Origin: an uncultured Gemmatimonadales bacterium
GTDB taxonomy: Bacteria > Gemmatimonadota > Gemmatimonadetes > Gemmatimonadales > GWC2-71-9
DNA: 64,000 nt
Assembly: GCA_963730185.1 (NCBI GenBank)
Contig: CAVSQW010000009.1
Coordinates: forward strand, 1-64,000
Direction of reading: 5' to 3'
Part shown: positions 31,426 to 41,968 of the stretch, one piece after another
Numbering within the stretch: position 1 is the stretch's first letter
Layout: every line of letters begins with the position of its first letter
The notes under the pieces: model-generated
Told to the model about the DNA's origin: nothing
Seen by the model: the letters and a program-made list of their open reading frames with translations, nothing else
Databases searched by the model: none
Made by a program: the position numbers and the translations under genes

Positions 31426-33879
31426 ATGATCGAGAGTCTGTGGCTCGACCTTCGCGCGGCCGCCCGCTCCCTGCTCCGTCGCCCGGCCTTCACCGCCGCC
31501 GCCGTCGCCAGCCTCGGGCTCGCGATCGGCGCCGGCACCACCGTCCTCAGCGTCGCCAACGGCGTGTTGCTCCGCGCCGTGCCCGGGATCACCCGGACCG
31601 ACCGCCTGGTCGAGATCGGCGAGCGGCAGGACGGGAGCTCTTCGACCTGAGCTTCCCGATGGTGGAGCGGTTGCGCCGGGAGCGAGGCGCCCTCGAGGAG
31701 GTCGCGGCCTTCGCGCAGGTCTCCGCCTCCGTGGTCGCGGACGAGCAGCCGATCCCCGCCGGCGGTCTGGCCGTCACCGGAAACTACTTCTCGCTGTTCG
31801 GGGTCAGCGCGAGCCGGGGGCGGACGTTCGCCGCAGGTGAGGCCGACTTCCCCTCCGTCGCGCCGGTGGCCGTGGTGAGCGATTTCTTCGCCGAGCGGTA
31901 TCTGGGCGGCGCGGCGGCGTTGGGCCGCACCATTCGAGTCAACGGCACGCCGGTGCAGGTGGTCGGCGTTCTGCCACCGGGCTTCGCCGGCCACCGAGTG
32001 GGGCTCCTGGTCGACGTGTTCCTGCCGCTGGGTCTTCCGATTGGCGGACTCCCGACCCCGGCGGGGCTCCGTCGGGTCGCGAACGCGGGCCTGGAGGCGG
32101 TGGGCCGCCTCGCGCCGGGCATGACGATCCCGCGGGCGGAGCCGATCCTGGCGGCGGCCGGAGACCGGCTGCTCGCCGACGCGGGCGAGCCGGCCGACGC
32201 CCGGTTTACGCCGGAGCTCTCGCCGTGGGGGCCGCTTCCGGCCGTCGTTCGAGGCCCGGCCCAGGCGTTCCTGGCGGTGCTGCTGGTGCTGGTCGTCCTG
32301 GCGGTCGTGATGGGCGGGATCAACCTGACCACAATGTTGCTGGCGCACGCGGCCGAACAGGAGCGGGAGCTGGCGATTCGGCGCGCCTTGGGCGCCAGCC
32401 CCGGTCGTCTGGGCCGTCAAGTCGTGGCCGAATCGGTGCTGGTCTTCCTCCTGGCCGGAGTGGTCGGGGTCCTGATCGCGGGATCGACCACCGGGTCTGG
32501 CCCGGGGACTCCGGCTGCCCCTGCCCGTCCCCGGTCGGCTCGACCTCGACTTCCCCGTAGACCTTCGGGTCCTCATGCTGGCCCTGATCGGGTGTCTCGG
32601 CGGGGGCGCCCTGTTCAGCCTGGCGCCCGCGATCCGGGCGGGACGGTTCCCCCTGCTGGCCGCGCTCAAGGTCGGGAGCGCGACCCCATCGGTCGGGAAG
32701 AACCGGCTTCGCGCCACGCTGGTGGGCGGGCAGGTCGCGGTCACCACCCTGCTGCTGGTCGCCGCCGGGTTGTTCGTCCGGGCGCTGTCGCGATCCGAGC
32801 TGGCGGGCGTCGGGTGGTCGATGGAGGGCGTCTGGGTCGGGTCGTTCGACTTGACGCTCGACGGAACCAACCCCGCGGCGGGCGAGACCTTCTACCAGGC
32901 CCTGGTGGATCGCGCCCGGCGGCTGCCCGGAGTTACCGCTGCCGCCACCGCCGCGAAGCTGCCGTTGGGCGGCCGCTCCTCGTTCGGGACGATCACCGTC
33001 CCGGGCCTCGAGCCCCCGCCGGGCGAGGCGGGATATGAGGCCTACCTCAACCGGGTGTCGCCCGGATACTTCGCCACGCTCGGAATCAGATTGCTGGAAG
33101 GCCGGGACTTCGACCGGACGGACGTCGAGGGCTCACCGCTGGTCGCGATCGTGAACCGGACCATGGCGGCGCGGCTCTGGCCGGGCCAGGACCCGGTCGG
33201 GCGCCGGTTCGACATCGGGAGCGGACCGTTCGCGCACTCCTTCGAGGTGGTCGGCGTGGCCGACGACGTTCGCTCCCAGGGATTCGGCCGGCCGGTCACC
33301 AACTTCTACTACGTGGCCGCCCGGCAGTGGTACAACGCCGAGCAGACCATCCACCTCAAGGTGGCGCCCGGAGCCGAGTCGGGGGTGGTCGCCGGGCTTC
33401 GCGGGGTGGTGCACGAGCTGGATCCGAACCTTCCCGTCCCCGCGATTCGCCCCCTGACCGAGTCGCTCGCCGTGTTCTCGATGCCCCAGCGGATCGCCGC
33501 CCTTGGCGCCGGGGCGATGGGGCTCTTCGGTCTCCTGCTGGCCGTCATCGGCGTCGCCGGGATCACCGCCTTCGCGGCGACCCGACGGAACCGGGAAATC
33601 GGGATCCGGCTGGCGCTCGGCGCGACCCGGTGGCGGATCGTCGGGATGATGATGCGACAGATCGGGCTCGCCCCGGTCGTCGGGACCGTGATCGGCCTCG
33701 CGCTGGGCGCCGGGTTCACGATCGGTGCCGGCATCGCGGTGCCCGGGGTCCAGGCCGGCGACCCGGTGGCCCTCGGCGTCGCCCCGATGGTCGTCGCCGT
33801 CGCCGCCTTCGTCGCGATCGTGGTGCCGGTCTGGCGGGTGCTTCGCCGGAGCCCGATGGGCACCCTCCGCGAGGAGTGA
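31426..33879 (+). CDS. ADOP-family duplicated ABC permease (frameshifts ~31635 and ~32510)
   Basis: DLRAAARSLLRRPAFT...LAIGAGTTVLS, RELAIRRALGAS, REIGIRLALGA and C-terminal SPMGTLREE. Confidence 0.85.
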
Positions 33880-33886
33880 CGGCGCC

Positions 33887-34735
33887 TCAGGCGACCGCGT
33901 CCCGCCCGATCACCGCCAGGTCGAGCGCTCCGTCGCCCGCCGCGATCAGCTCGTCCATCCGGGCCGCGATTCCCGGCAGCACCATCATCGTCCGGTCACC
34001 GGCGGTCTCGAGCATCAGCCGCACGTCTTTCCGCGCCATCGTCAGCTCGAAGCTGGGCGAGAAGTCGCCCGACGCGAGGCTCTTGGCTCGCCCCGACAGA
34101 ATCGCCATCGGATTGAAGAAGTCGAACAAGCTGAGCATGTCGGCCGGCGGCACCTCCGCGCCGTTGGCGATCTGGAATACGTCGGCCAGGAGGGCGGTGA
34201 TCCCGATGATGAAGGCGTTGCCCGAGATCTTGTAGACCGCGGCCAGGTCGGGCCGCTCGCCGAGAAAGATCACCCGCGAGGCTTGCTGGGCGAGCGCCGG
34301 CTCCACCTGGTCGAACAGCGCCTGGGGCCCCGAGGCCAGGATGATCCCCTTCGATTGGCGAGCCGCCGCGGGGCCGATGAACACGGGGCAGTGGAGGTAT
34401 CGCACCCCGGCCGCGTTGAGCCGCGGGGCCCGCTCGGCCGTGAGCTCCGGCTGGGTGGTAGTGTGGTCCACGACGATGGCGTCCTTCTCCAGGCCGGGGC
34501 GGAGCTGGCCGACGATCTCCTCGACCACCGCGTCGTCCTTGAGCACCAGATGGACCCGATCGGCGCCGCGCACGGCATCGGCGGGAGTGGGGGCGACGGC
34601 AGCGCCGAGGGGGGCCAGGGCCGCCGCCTTCGCGGCGGTCCGGTTCCAGACGGTCACCTGGTCTCCTCGCTTCAGGGCGGCTTCGACGAAGGCCGCGCCC
34701 AGGAGGCCGGTTCCGAGATAGGCGATCTTGGTCAT
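33887..34735 (-). CDS. NAD(P)-dependent oxidoreductase, beta-hydroxyacid dehydrogenase family
   Basis: IAYLGTGLLG, VWNRT, catalytic-type AVYKISGN and FELTMARKDVRLM. Confidence 0.9.
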   Translation of the reverse strand: MTKIAYLGTGLLGAAFVEAALKRGDQVTVWNRTAAKAAALAPLGAAVAPTPADAVRGADRVHLVLKDDAVVEEIVGQLRPGLEKDAIVVDHTTTQPELTAERAPRLNAAGVRYLHCPVFIGPAAARQSKGIILASGPQALFDQVEPALAQQASRVIFLGERPDLAAVYKISGNAFIIGITALLADVFQIANGAEVPPADMLSLFDFFNPMAILSGRAKSLASGDFSPSFELTMARKDVRLMLETAGDRTMMVLPGIAARMDELIAAGDGALDLAVIGRDAVA

Positions 34736-34889
34736 GGCTCGGAATCTAGGTGGGGCGCGTCCGAGGTGGTCTCGCGCCGGTGGCTCCGCCGCCCGGGCCA
34801 AGTGGCGACCCGACCGGGAATCCCTGCTCTGGTGACTGCCGTAAGGTCATGGAGATCGACCCCGACCCTTCCCAACCCCAAGGTCCGTC

Positions 34890-35699
34890 ATGACCCAGAC
34901 CGGCGTCGACGACCAGGCCGAGCCCGCTCGAGTCGGACCAGGCCTCAGTCGACGGCAGTTCGTCGGCGCGACCGCGGCGGCGGTGCTCACCGGTCTTGGC
35001 ACCGGCTGCATCTTCGGTCCGGGCCACGGCGACGGGCGGATCGACGCCCGGCCCGGTACCCCCACGCAGAGTGCCAAGCTGGGCCTCTCGGCCCTGGGGC
35101 TCGAGAACGACCGCGACGGCGCCTGGTACGTCCCCGCCAGCTACCGGGCGGACCACCCCATCCCGCTCCTGGTGTTCTGCCACGGTGCCGGTGGGAACGG
35201 CGGCGCCACCGCCGACGCCCTCGGCCCCTACGCGGAGGCGGGCGGCTTTGCCGTGCTGGCACCGGACTCTCGTCAGTCCACCTGGGATCTGATCGACAAG
35301 GGAAGTTTCGGTGACGACGTGGGCTTCCTGGACCGGGCTCTGACCCGGACCTTCGAGCGGCTGGCGGTCGACCCGGCAGGGCTGATCCTGGCCGGCTTTT
35401 CCGATGGCGGCACCTACGCCCTGTCGCTGGGCATCACCAACGGCGACTTCTTCGGTCGACTGATGGCCTTCTCGCCCGGATTTGTCCGGTACGCGAGCCG
35501 ACATGGATCGCCGGCCATCTACCTGGCGCACGGCACCGCCGACACCGTACTCCCGATCAACGCGACCAGTCGGGCGATCGTGCCCGAGCTCCGCGGCCTC
35601 GGGTACCAGGTGGAGTACCGCGAATTCGATGGCGGTCATCAACTGTATGCCAGCGAGGTGCAGGCGGCCGTCGACTGGCTGGGCCTGGGAGGAGCCTGA
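34890..35699 (+). CDS. Tat-exported phospholipase/carboxylesterase family hydrolase
   Basis: Tat motif SRRQFV, GFSDGG nucleophile elbow, HGTADTVLP and FDGGH. Confidence 0.85.
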   Translation: MTQTGVDDQAEPARVGPGLSRRQFVGATAAAVLTGLGTGCIFGPGHGDGRIDARPGTPTQSAKLGLSALGLENDRDGAWYVPASYRADHPIPLLVFCHGAGGNGGATADALGPYAEAGGFAVLAPDSRQSTWDLIDKGSFGDDVGFLDRALTRTFERLAVDPAGLILAGFSDGGTYALSLGITNGDFFGRLMAFSPGFVRYASRHGSPAIYLAHGTADTVLPINATSRAIVPELRGLGYQVEYREFDGGHQLYASEVQAAVDWLGLGGA

Positions 35700-35709
35700 G
35701 GCGACTGGG

Positions 35710-36693
35710 CTACCACTCCACCAGCTGGCCGACCTTCCCTCGCTCCGCCTCGCGGAAGATGTAGTCGGCGGAGACGAGATCCTCGGCCACCATCCCGAGC
35801 GACTTGAAGAGGGTGATGTCCTGGTCGGACGTGCGGCCGGCCGCCTTGCCGGTCAGCACGTCGCCGATCGAGCCGACGATGTGGTCGTCGGTCACGGCCC
35901 CGGCCTCTTTGGCCCGCCGGAAATCGCCGGCCAGGGCCAGAGCGCTGTCCTTGAAATCCACGTACAGTCGCGAGCGCGCCACGGTCTCGACGTCGATCTC
36001 CGACGTGGTCGGGATGCTCGAGCCCACCACGTTGAGGTGGTGACCGGGCCGGAGCCAGCGGGCCTCGAAGAAGGGCTCCGACGCCGCGGTCGTGGTGCAG
36101 AGTACGTCGGCGGCGGCCGCCTCGGCCGGCGTGGCCACGGCATCGACCGGAAAGTCGTGGTGGGCCGATTCGGCGGCGGCGAAGGCCCGCGCCTTGTCGA
36201 GGTCTCGGCCCCATACCAGGGCTCGCTCGAAGCGCCGGACGTGCGGCACCGCCTCCAGGTGGGTGTGCGCCTGCTCGCCGTAGCCGAAGATGCCGAGGGT
36301 CCGCACCGTGGCCGGGGCCAGCACGTCGGTGGCCGCGGCGGTCGAGGCCGCGGTCCGGATCGCGGTGATTTCCCGGCCGTCGAGGATCGCCATCGGCGAG
36401 CCGTTCTCGGGATCGAAGAGGAGCACCAGACCCTGATGGGATCCGAGACCGGTGCCGAAGTTCCCGGGAAAGACGGTGACCACCTTGACCCCGAGCGCCT
36501 CGGGGTCCGCCACGTAGCCGGGCATCAGGCTCATCAGCCCGCGGCGGTCGGGGCGCCAGAGCGCCTGGCGGATGGGCTGGAGGGTGCCGCCTTCGGTGGC
36601 CACCAGCGTCATGGCCTGGCGCATGAGATCGATGCACCGACCCATGGGCAGCAAGGTGCGAACGGCGTCGGCGTTGAGCAGGCGGATGACCAT
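35710..36693 (-). CDS. ornithine cyclodeaminase / mu-crystallin family protein
   Basis: MPGY...GVKVVTVFPGN...SHQG...ITAIRTAA...G.G.QA...ITLFKSLGMVAEDL. Confidence 0.9.
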   Translation of the reverse strand: MVIRLLNADAVRTLLPMGRCIDLMRQAMTLVATEGGTLQPIRQALWRPDRRGLMSLMPGYVADPEALGVKVVTVFPGNFGTGLGSHQGLVLLFDPENGSPMAILDGREITAIRTAASTAAATDVLAPATVRTLGIFGYGEQAHTHLEAVPHVRRFERALVWGRDLDKARAFAAAESAHHDFPVDAVATPAEAAAADVLCTTTAASEPFFEARWLRPGHHLNVVGSSIPTTSEIDVETVARSRLYVDFKDSALALAGDFRRAKEAGAVTDDHIVGSIGDVLTGKAAGRTSDQDITLFKSLGMVAEDLVSADYIFREAERGKVGQLVEW

Positions 36694-36870
36694 GGCGAGC
36701 CCGGCGGAGTGGGAGTAAGGGGAGAAGAGGAAGCAACATAGGCGGCCCGATCCGGTTTCGTCAGCCGGGCCCCGGCTTGCCCATACGCCTCCAGCGACCG
36801 ATGTTCGACCAAACCGGAAGCCCAACGTTCGAGCGCCCGGGCAGACCGCTTACCTCACAGGAGCCCTGTC

Positions 36871-37599
36871 ATGACCCAACCGAGCGGACCGGCCGGCGAG
36901 ACCAAGGCCTCGCGCTGGGAGGACTACATCGACGTCTTCTTCTCGCCCGCCGAGCTCTTCCGGCGGCGCGCGGGCGGAGATTTCGGACTGGCCCTCCTGG
37001 TTTTCTTCATCGCGGCCACGGCCCTCTACTTCGCCACCCGCTCGTTCATGGCGCCGGTCTTCGACGCGGAATGGCAGCGGGCGATCCCGACGATGATGAA
37101 GGCCAACCCCAACCTCACGGCCGATCAGCTCGCCGGGGGCAAGCACATGGCGGAGACGTTCGGCGGGGTGGTCATCATCATCCTGGCGCCGATCGCCGCC
37201 CTCGTGCTCGGCGCCGTCGTGTGGATGATCGGCCGGGTGCTGGGCGCCCCGATGCGCTACGCCCAGGGCGCCACCATCGCGACCTTCGCGATGTTTCCGC
37301 GGCTGCTCGAATCCCTGGTCAATGCGGTCCAGGCGACCTTCATGGACGAGCGGTCGATCACCTCGCGGTTCAGCGTGAGTCTCGGCGTGGGCCGGTTCCT
37401 CCCGGCCGACCAGACGAACCCCCTGGTCCTGGCGCTCCTCGGACGGATCGACCTCTTCACCATCTGGATCACCGTGCTGATCGCGGTGGGGTTCAAGGTC
37501 ATCGGCAAGCGGACCACCGGCCAGGCGGCGTTGGGCGCCGTGCTGGTGTGGCTGATCGGGGCACTGCCGGCCTTGTTTCAGGCCTATCGGTCGATGTAG
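36871..37599 (+). CDS. Yip1 family membrane protein
   Basis: VFFSPAELF...multiple TM helices...IDLFTIW. Confidence 0.75.
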   Translation: MTQPSGPAGETKASRWEDYIDVFFSPAELFRRRAGGDFGLALLVFFIAATALYFATRSFMAPVFDAEWQRAIPTMMKANPNLTADQLAGGKHMAETFGGVVIIILAPIAALVLGAVVWMIGRVLGAPMRYAQGATIATFAMFPRLLESLVNAVQATFMDERSITSRFSVSLGVGRFLPADQTNPLVLALLGRIDLFTIWITVLIAVGFKVIGKRTTGQAALGAVLVWLIGALPALFQAYRSM

Positions 37600-37673
37600 C
37601 GCGGGCCGGCTCCGGGCGCCTCGAAGCAGCATGCGGTCGAGCTGGTGGGTTCGACCCGTCCGCCGGGTCAGGG

Positions 37674-40100
37674 CTACTCCTCGCGGAGCACTCGGACCGG
37701 ATCGACACGGGCCGCCCGCCGCGCCGGAAGCCAGCTCGCCACGGTGGCCACCAGGGCGAGCAGCAAAGCGGCCGCCGCGTACGCTGCGACATCGGTCGGG
37801 GCGACCTCGAAGAGCAGTTGCCCGAAGGTCCGTGCCCCGAGCAGGCCCACCGTGAGTCCAGCTCCCGCCCCGACCGCTGCCAGGATCAGCGCCCGCCGGA
37901 TCACGGCGGCGGCGATCGCCTGGCTCTCGGCCCCGAGCGCCAGCCGGATCCCAAGCTCGCGGGTCCGGGCCGAGACGCTCTGGGAAACCACCCCGTAGAC
38001 GCCCACCGACGCCAAGGTCAGCGCCACCATGGCGAAAAGACCCAACAGGAGTGCGAAGAACCGGGGCTGCGCCAACGCGGAGGCATCCAGCTCACGGAGC
38101 GTCCGCACCTGATCGATCGGGAGGTTGGGATCGAGCTCGCGGAGCGCCGCGCGGGCCGGCCCGAACGCCGGGGGGTTCGAGCCGCCGCGCAGCACGAACG
38201 ACATCGACTCGATCGGCCACTGGTGATGCGCCAGGAACACCATCGGCCGAGGTGGCGCCGCCGGGCTCAGATCGTGCAGGTCGGCCACGACACCGACCAC
38301 CTCGCCACCGACGCGTCCCCGGTTTTGCCCCATCCCCGTGCCGAGCACAAGGTGATGCCCAAGCGGGCTCTGACCCGGCCAGAGGAGCCTGGCCGCCGCC
38401 TCGTTCACCACGAGGACTGGCGGCGCCCCGAAGCGATCCGTGGTCCCGAAGTCTCGACCCTCGACCAAGCGGGAGCCCAGCGCGGCAAAGTAACCCGGCG
38501 ATGCAACCCGAAGCTGGACGCTGAACCGAGCCTGTTCCCGGTCGGCGAGGAGTCGTCCGTCGAGGTCGTGGCCGGAGATCACGTAATCGGTCCCTGAAAG
38601 CGGCAGCCCGAAGCCCTCGCCGGCCGCGACGACCCCCGGCAGGGCCTGGAGCCGATCGAGCGCCGAAGCGAAGAACTGGGCCCGCTTCTCGGGCGTGTCG
38701 TAGGCCATCGCCGGGAGGTTCACTTGAAAGGTGAGCGCGCCCGAAGGCTCGAAGCCGAGATCCACCTGGGTCAAACGGTAGAGGCTTCGGCCGACGAGGC
38801 CCGCTCCGACCAGCAGCGCCGAGGCGAGCGCCAGCTCCGAGACCACCAGGAGATCACGGGTTCGCTGCCGGCCAGCGCCGGCCGTCGTGCCGGCCGCGTC
38901 GTCGCGGAGCCCCAAGCCGATCTCACCGGCGCGGGCACTCTGCCAGGCGGGCAACGCTCCGAACAGGGCACCGATGGCCAGCGAGAGCCCCACCGTGAAG
39001 GCAAGCACCGGTCCGTCGACTCGGGTCAGTTCGAGGAACGGAATCCCGCCCACCCCGAGATGGGCAACGATCCGGGTCCCCCAGAGGGCCAGCACCACGC
39101 CGAGGGCCCCGCCCGCCATCGACAGGAGCAAGCTCTCGACCAGCAGCGACCGGACCAGGGCGCCGCGGCTTGCACCGAGGGCCGCGCGCACGGTCAGCTC
39201 CCGGCGCCGGCGGAGACCCCGAACCAGGAGCAGTCCCGCCACATTGACGCCGGCCACCAGCAGGAGCAGCGCCACCGCACCAAGGGTCACCAGCAGTGGC
39301 CGGCCTACGTCACCCACCATGGCGTCGTGCAGGCCTTCCGCGGTGAGGGTGATATCGGTGTTGACCTGGGGATGGTCGGTCGCGAGACGGTGGCCGAGCC
39401 GGTCCAGGTCGGCCCGCGCCTGGGCCAGGTCCACGCCCGGTCGGAGTCGGCCGATGAGATTCAGGTATTTGGCACCACGCTGGGTCTCGAGGTCGTGCGC
39501 GCTGAAGACCAGCGGCGACCAGAGCTGGGCGCCATGGGGGAAGTCGAAGCCTCGGGGCATGACCCCGACGATCTGATAGGCGGTGCCGTCGAGCGTAATG
39601 GTTCGGCCGATCGCGGAGTCGTGACCGCCGAACCGTCGCTGCCAGAGTCCGTACCCGAGGACCACCGCGGGCCCGGCGCCCTCGCGGTCGTCGGCCTTGG
39701 TCAACGCTCTCCCGTGGCTGGCTCGGACCCCGAGGAGGTCGAAGAATCCACCGGTGACGATGGCAGCGGAGACCTGCTCGGGCTCGCCGTCACCGGTCAG
39801 CGCATACGAATTTTCGTAGTAGGCAACCAGGTCGGCGAGGGTGGTGTTCTGGGCCCGGAGGTCGACGAAATTGGGCGGCGACTGCGACGGATCGAAGTGC
39901 CCGTGGTAGCCGGTGAGCACTTGGACCAGGCGATCCGGCTCGGCAAAGGGCAGCGGACGAAGCAGCACCGCCCGAACCGCGCTGACGATGACCGTGGTCG
40001 CTCCGATACCAAGGGCGAGCGTGGTGAGCGCCACCACGGTGTAGGCGGGGCTCCGGATCAAGGATCGAACGGCGTGGCGGAGCTCGTGTCCGAGGGCCAT
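37674..40100 (-). CDS. ADOP-family duplicated ABC permease
   Basis: ELRHAVRSLIRSPAYT...LGIGATT...LLRPLPF.EPDRLV, RTRELGIRLALGA and C-terminal RVDPVRVLREE. Confidence 0.9.
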   Translation of the reverse strand: MALGHELRHAVRSLIRSPAYTVVALTTLALGIGATTVIVSAVRAVLLRPLPFAEPDRLVQVLTGYHGHFDPSQSPPNFVDLRAQNTTLADLVAYYENSYALTGDGEPEQVSAAIVTGGFFDLLGVRASHGRALTKADDREGAGPAVVLGYGLWQRRFGGHDSAIGRTITLDGTAYQIVGVMPRGFDFPHGAQLWSPLVFSAHDLETQRGAKYLNLIGRLRPGVDLAQARADLDRLGHRLATDHPQVNTDITLTAEGLHDAMVGDVGRPLLVTLGAVALLLLVAGVNVAGLLLVRGLRRRRELTVRAALGASRGALVRSLLVESLLLSMAGGALGVVLALWGTRIVAHLGVGGIPFLELTRVDGPVLAFTVGLSLAIGALFGALPAWQSARAGEIGLGLRDDAAGTTAGAGRQRTRDLLVVSELALASALLVGAGLVGRSLYRLTQVDLGFEPSGALTFQVNLPAMAYDTPEKRAQFFASALDRLQALPGVVAAGEGFGLPLSGTDYVISGHDLDGRLLADREQARFSVQLRVASPGYFAALGSRLVEGRDFGTTDRFGAPPVLVVNEAAARLLWPGQSPLGHHLVLGTGMGQNRGRVGGEVVGVVADLHDLSPAAPPRPMVFLAHHQWPIESMSFVLRGGSNPPAFGPARAALRELDPNLPIDQVRTLRELDASALAQPRFFALLLGLFAMVALTLASVGVYGVVSQSVSARTRELGIRLALGAESQAIAAAVIRRALILAAVGAGAGLTVGLLGARTFGQLLFEVAPTDVAAYAAAALLLALVATVASWLPARRAARVDPVRVLREE

Positions 40101-40516
40101 GACGTGACTCGGCGGTTCAAGGATTGGAGCCCTGAATTGCCAGTCGCGTGCCATCGAGGTAGTCTTACTAGTGTGTTGTCTCCGAAGGAGTTAGGGAAAC
40201 GGGGGCGGCTACCGGGACTGGTCGAGCGTCCCGAATCCGAACGGTCGGTGCCGAACCTGGAATCGAGGCAGGTGGAGGCCGCGATTCACACTGCTACCGA
40301 GCCAGTCATCGTGGTCTCGGCCGGTACCATTGCGGGCTCATCGAGTGGTGAACGGAGGGGTCGCTAGGGTCGGCGCTGCCGCGTCCCGCACGATGTGACC
40401 CCGACCGAGGTCGTCATGTTCCCGTCATCCGGGCCCTCTATCCCTTGACCCGCCGTGGTCGTGCCCGTCCGGGCCGCCCGAGGCGATCGCCGGCACGCTC
40501 GCGCCCAGGACCGGAG

Positions 40517-41968
40517 ATGACGGAGTCGAGACAACCCGCCGAGCTCGCCCGCCGCGGGCGCCACCTCCTGGCGCCCGCGCTGGCCGTGGTGCTGGTGACC
40601 GGGTGCGCGACCTATCACCCCCGACCCATCGCCCCGGCCCAGAGCCTGGAACACTTCGAGGCCCGCCGACTCGATGCCGCCGAGCTGGGTGCCTTTCTCC
40701 AGGCTCGGCGGGAGGCCGGCCAGTGGCCCCTCTCCCGCTGGGATCTCCGCACCCTGACCCTCGCCGCCTTTTTCTACAACCCCGATCTCGACGTCGCTCG
40801 GGCCCAGTGGGCGGTGGCCCGGGGTGGGGTGCTCACCGCCGGCGGCCGCACCAACCCGAACGTCACCGCCAAGGCCGGCTACAACGCCACCACCAACTCC
40901 AACCAGATCAGCCCCTGGATCCCCGAGGTGGCGCTCGAGCTGCCGCTGGGCATCGCGGGCAAGCGCGGCATCCGGGTCAAGGAGGCTCGGCAGCGCTCCG
41001 AGGCGGCCCGGCTCAACATCCTCACCGCGGCCTGGCAGGTCAGAAGCCAGGTGCGCCAGGCGTTTCTGGAGCTCTATGTCGCCCGGCAATCGGACTCGCT
41101 CCTGACCCGGCAGGTCCAGCTCCAGACCGAGATCGTCCGCCTGCTCGAGACCCAGGCCCGGGTGGGTGAGGTGTCGCCCTACGCGGTGACCCAGGCCCGG
41201 GTGGCCCTGGCCAACAGCCGGCTCGCCGGCCTCGACGCGGCCCAGCGGCAGGCCCGAGCCCGGAGCGCGCTCGCCACCGCGGTGGGTGTCCCCCCGGCGG
41301 CGCTCGACAGCCTGGCGTGGTCCTTCGAGCGCCTGGACAGCATCCCGGTGCCCCGCCCGCCGCTGGAGATTCGCCGCCAGGCGCTGGTGAACCGGTCCGA
41401 CGTCCGGGCGTCACTGGCGGAGTACGAAGCGGCCCAGGCCGCGCTCCAGCTCGAGATCCGGAAGCAGTATCCCGACCTCGTGCTCGGTCCCGGCTACCAG
41501 TTGGACCAGACCGACTCCAAGTGGACCCTGTCGCTCTCGTTCCCACTGCCGTTCCTCAACCGCAATCAGGGCCCCATCGCCGAAGCCCGGGCCCGCCGCG
41601 AGGAAGCCGCCGCGCGCTTCCTGTCGCTCCAGTCGCGGGTGCTGGCCGAGCTCGAGGGCGCCCTGGCCGCATCGCAGGCGGCGCTGGCCCAGGTCGACAA
41701 CGCCGCTTCACTGACCTCGAGCCTGACCGACCAGGAGCGCCTCGCCCAGCGATCGTACACCGTCGGGGAGAGTTCGCGGCTCGAGCTCCTCGGCGTCCAG
41801 AGCGAGCTGGTCACCTCCGCGCTCGCCCGGCTCGACGCCATCTCCAAGGCGCAGGAGGCGGTAGGCCAGCTGGAGGATGCGATGCAGAGCCCCCTCGACC
41901 TGGAGCCCTGGACGCTCGAGGCCCCCACCCGGGCGACCGAACCCGACACCAGCCGAGATGAGCGATGA
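40517..41968 (+). CDS. TolC family outer-membrane efflux lipoprotein
   Basis: Lipobox VTGC; NPDL.VARA, LPL...GKR and YPDL..G...LPFLNRNQG.I..A. Confidence 0.85.
   Translation: MTESRQPAELARRGRHLLAPALAVVLVTGCATYHPRPIAPAQSLEHFEARRLDAAELGAFLQARREAGQWPLSRWDLRTLTLAAFFYNPDLDVARAQWAVARGGVLTAGGRTNPNVTAKAGYNATTNSNQISPWIPEVALELPLGIAGKRGIRVKEARQRSEAARLNILTAAWQVRSQVRQAFLELYVARQSDSLLTRQVQLQTEIVRLLETQARVGEVSPYAVTQARVALANSRLAGLDAAQRQARARSALATAVGVPPAALDSLAWSFERLDSIPVPRPPLEIRRQALVNRSDVRASLAEYEAAQAALQLEIRKQYPDLVLGPGYQLDQTDSKWTLSLSFPLPFLNRNQGPIAEARARREEAAARFLSLQSRVLAELEGALAASQAALAQVDNAASLTSSLTDQERLAQRSYTVGESSRLELLGVQSELVTSALARLDAISKAQEAVGQLEDAMQSPLDLEPWTLEAPTRATEPDTSRDER

Noticed and set aside
31621..31660. TGA at 31648-31650 in the ADOP gene as a recoded codon
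   Set aside because: The protein continues in another frame (ELFDLSFP), so this is an indel, and there is no redox motif.
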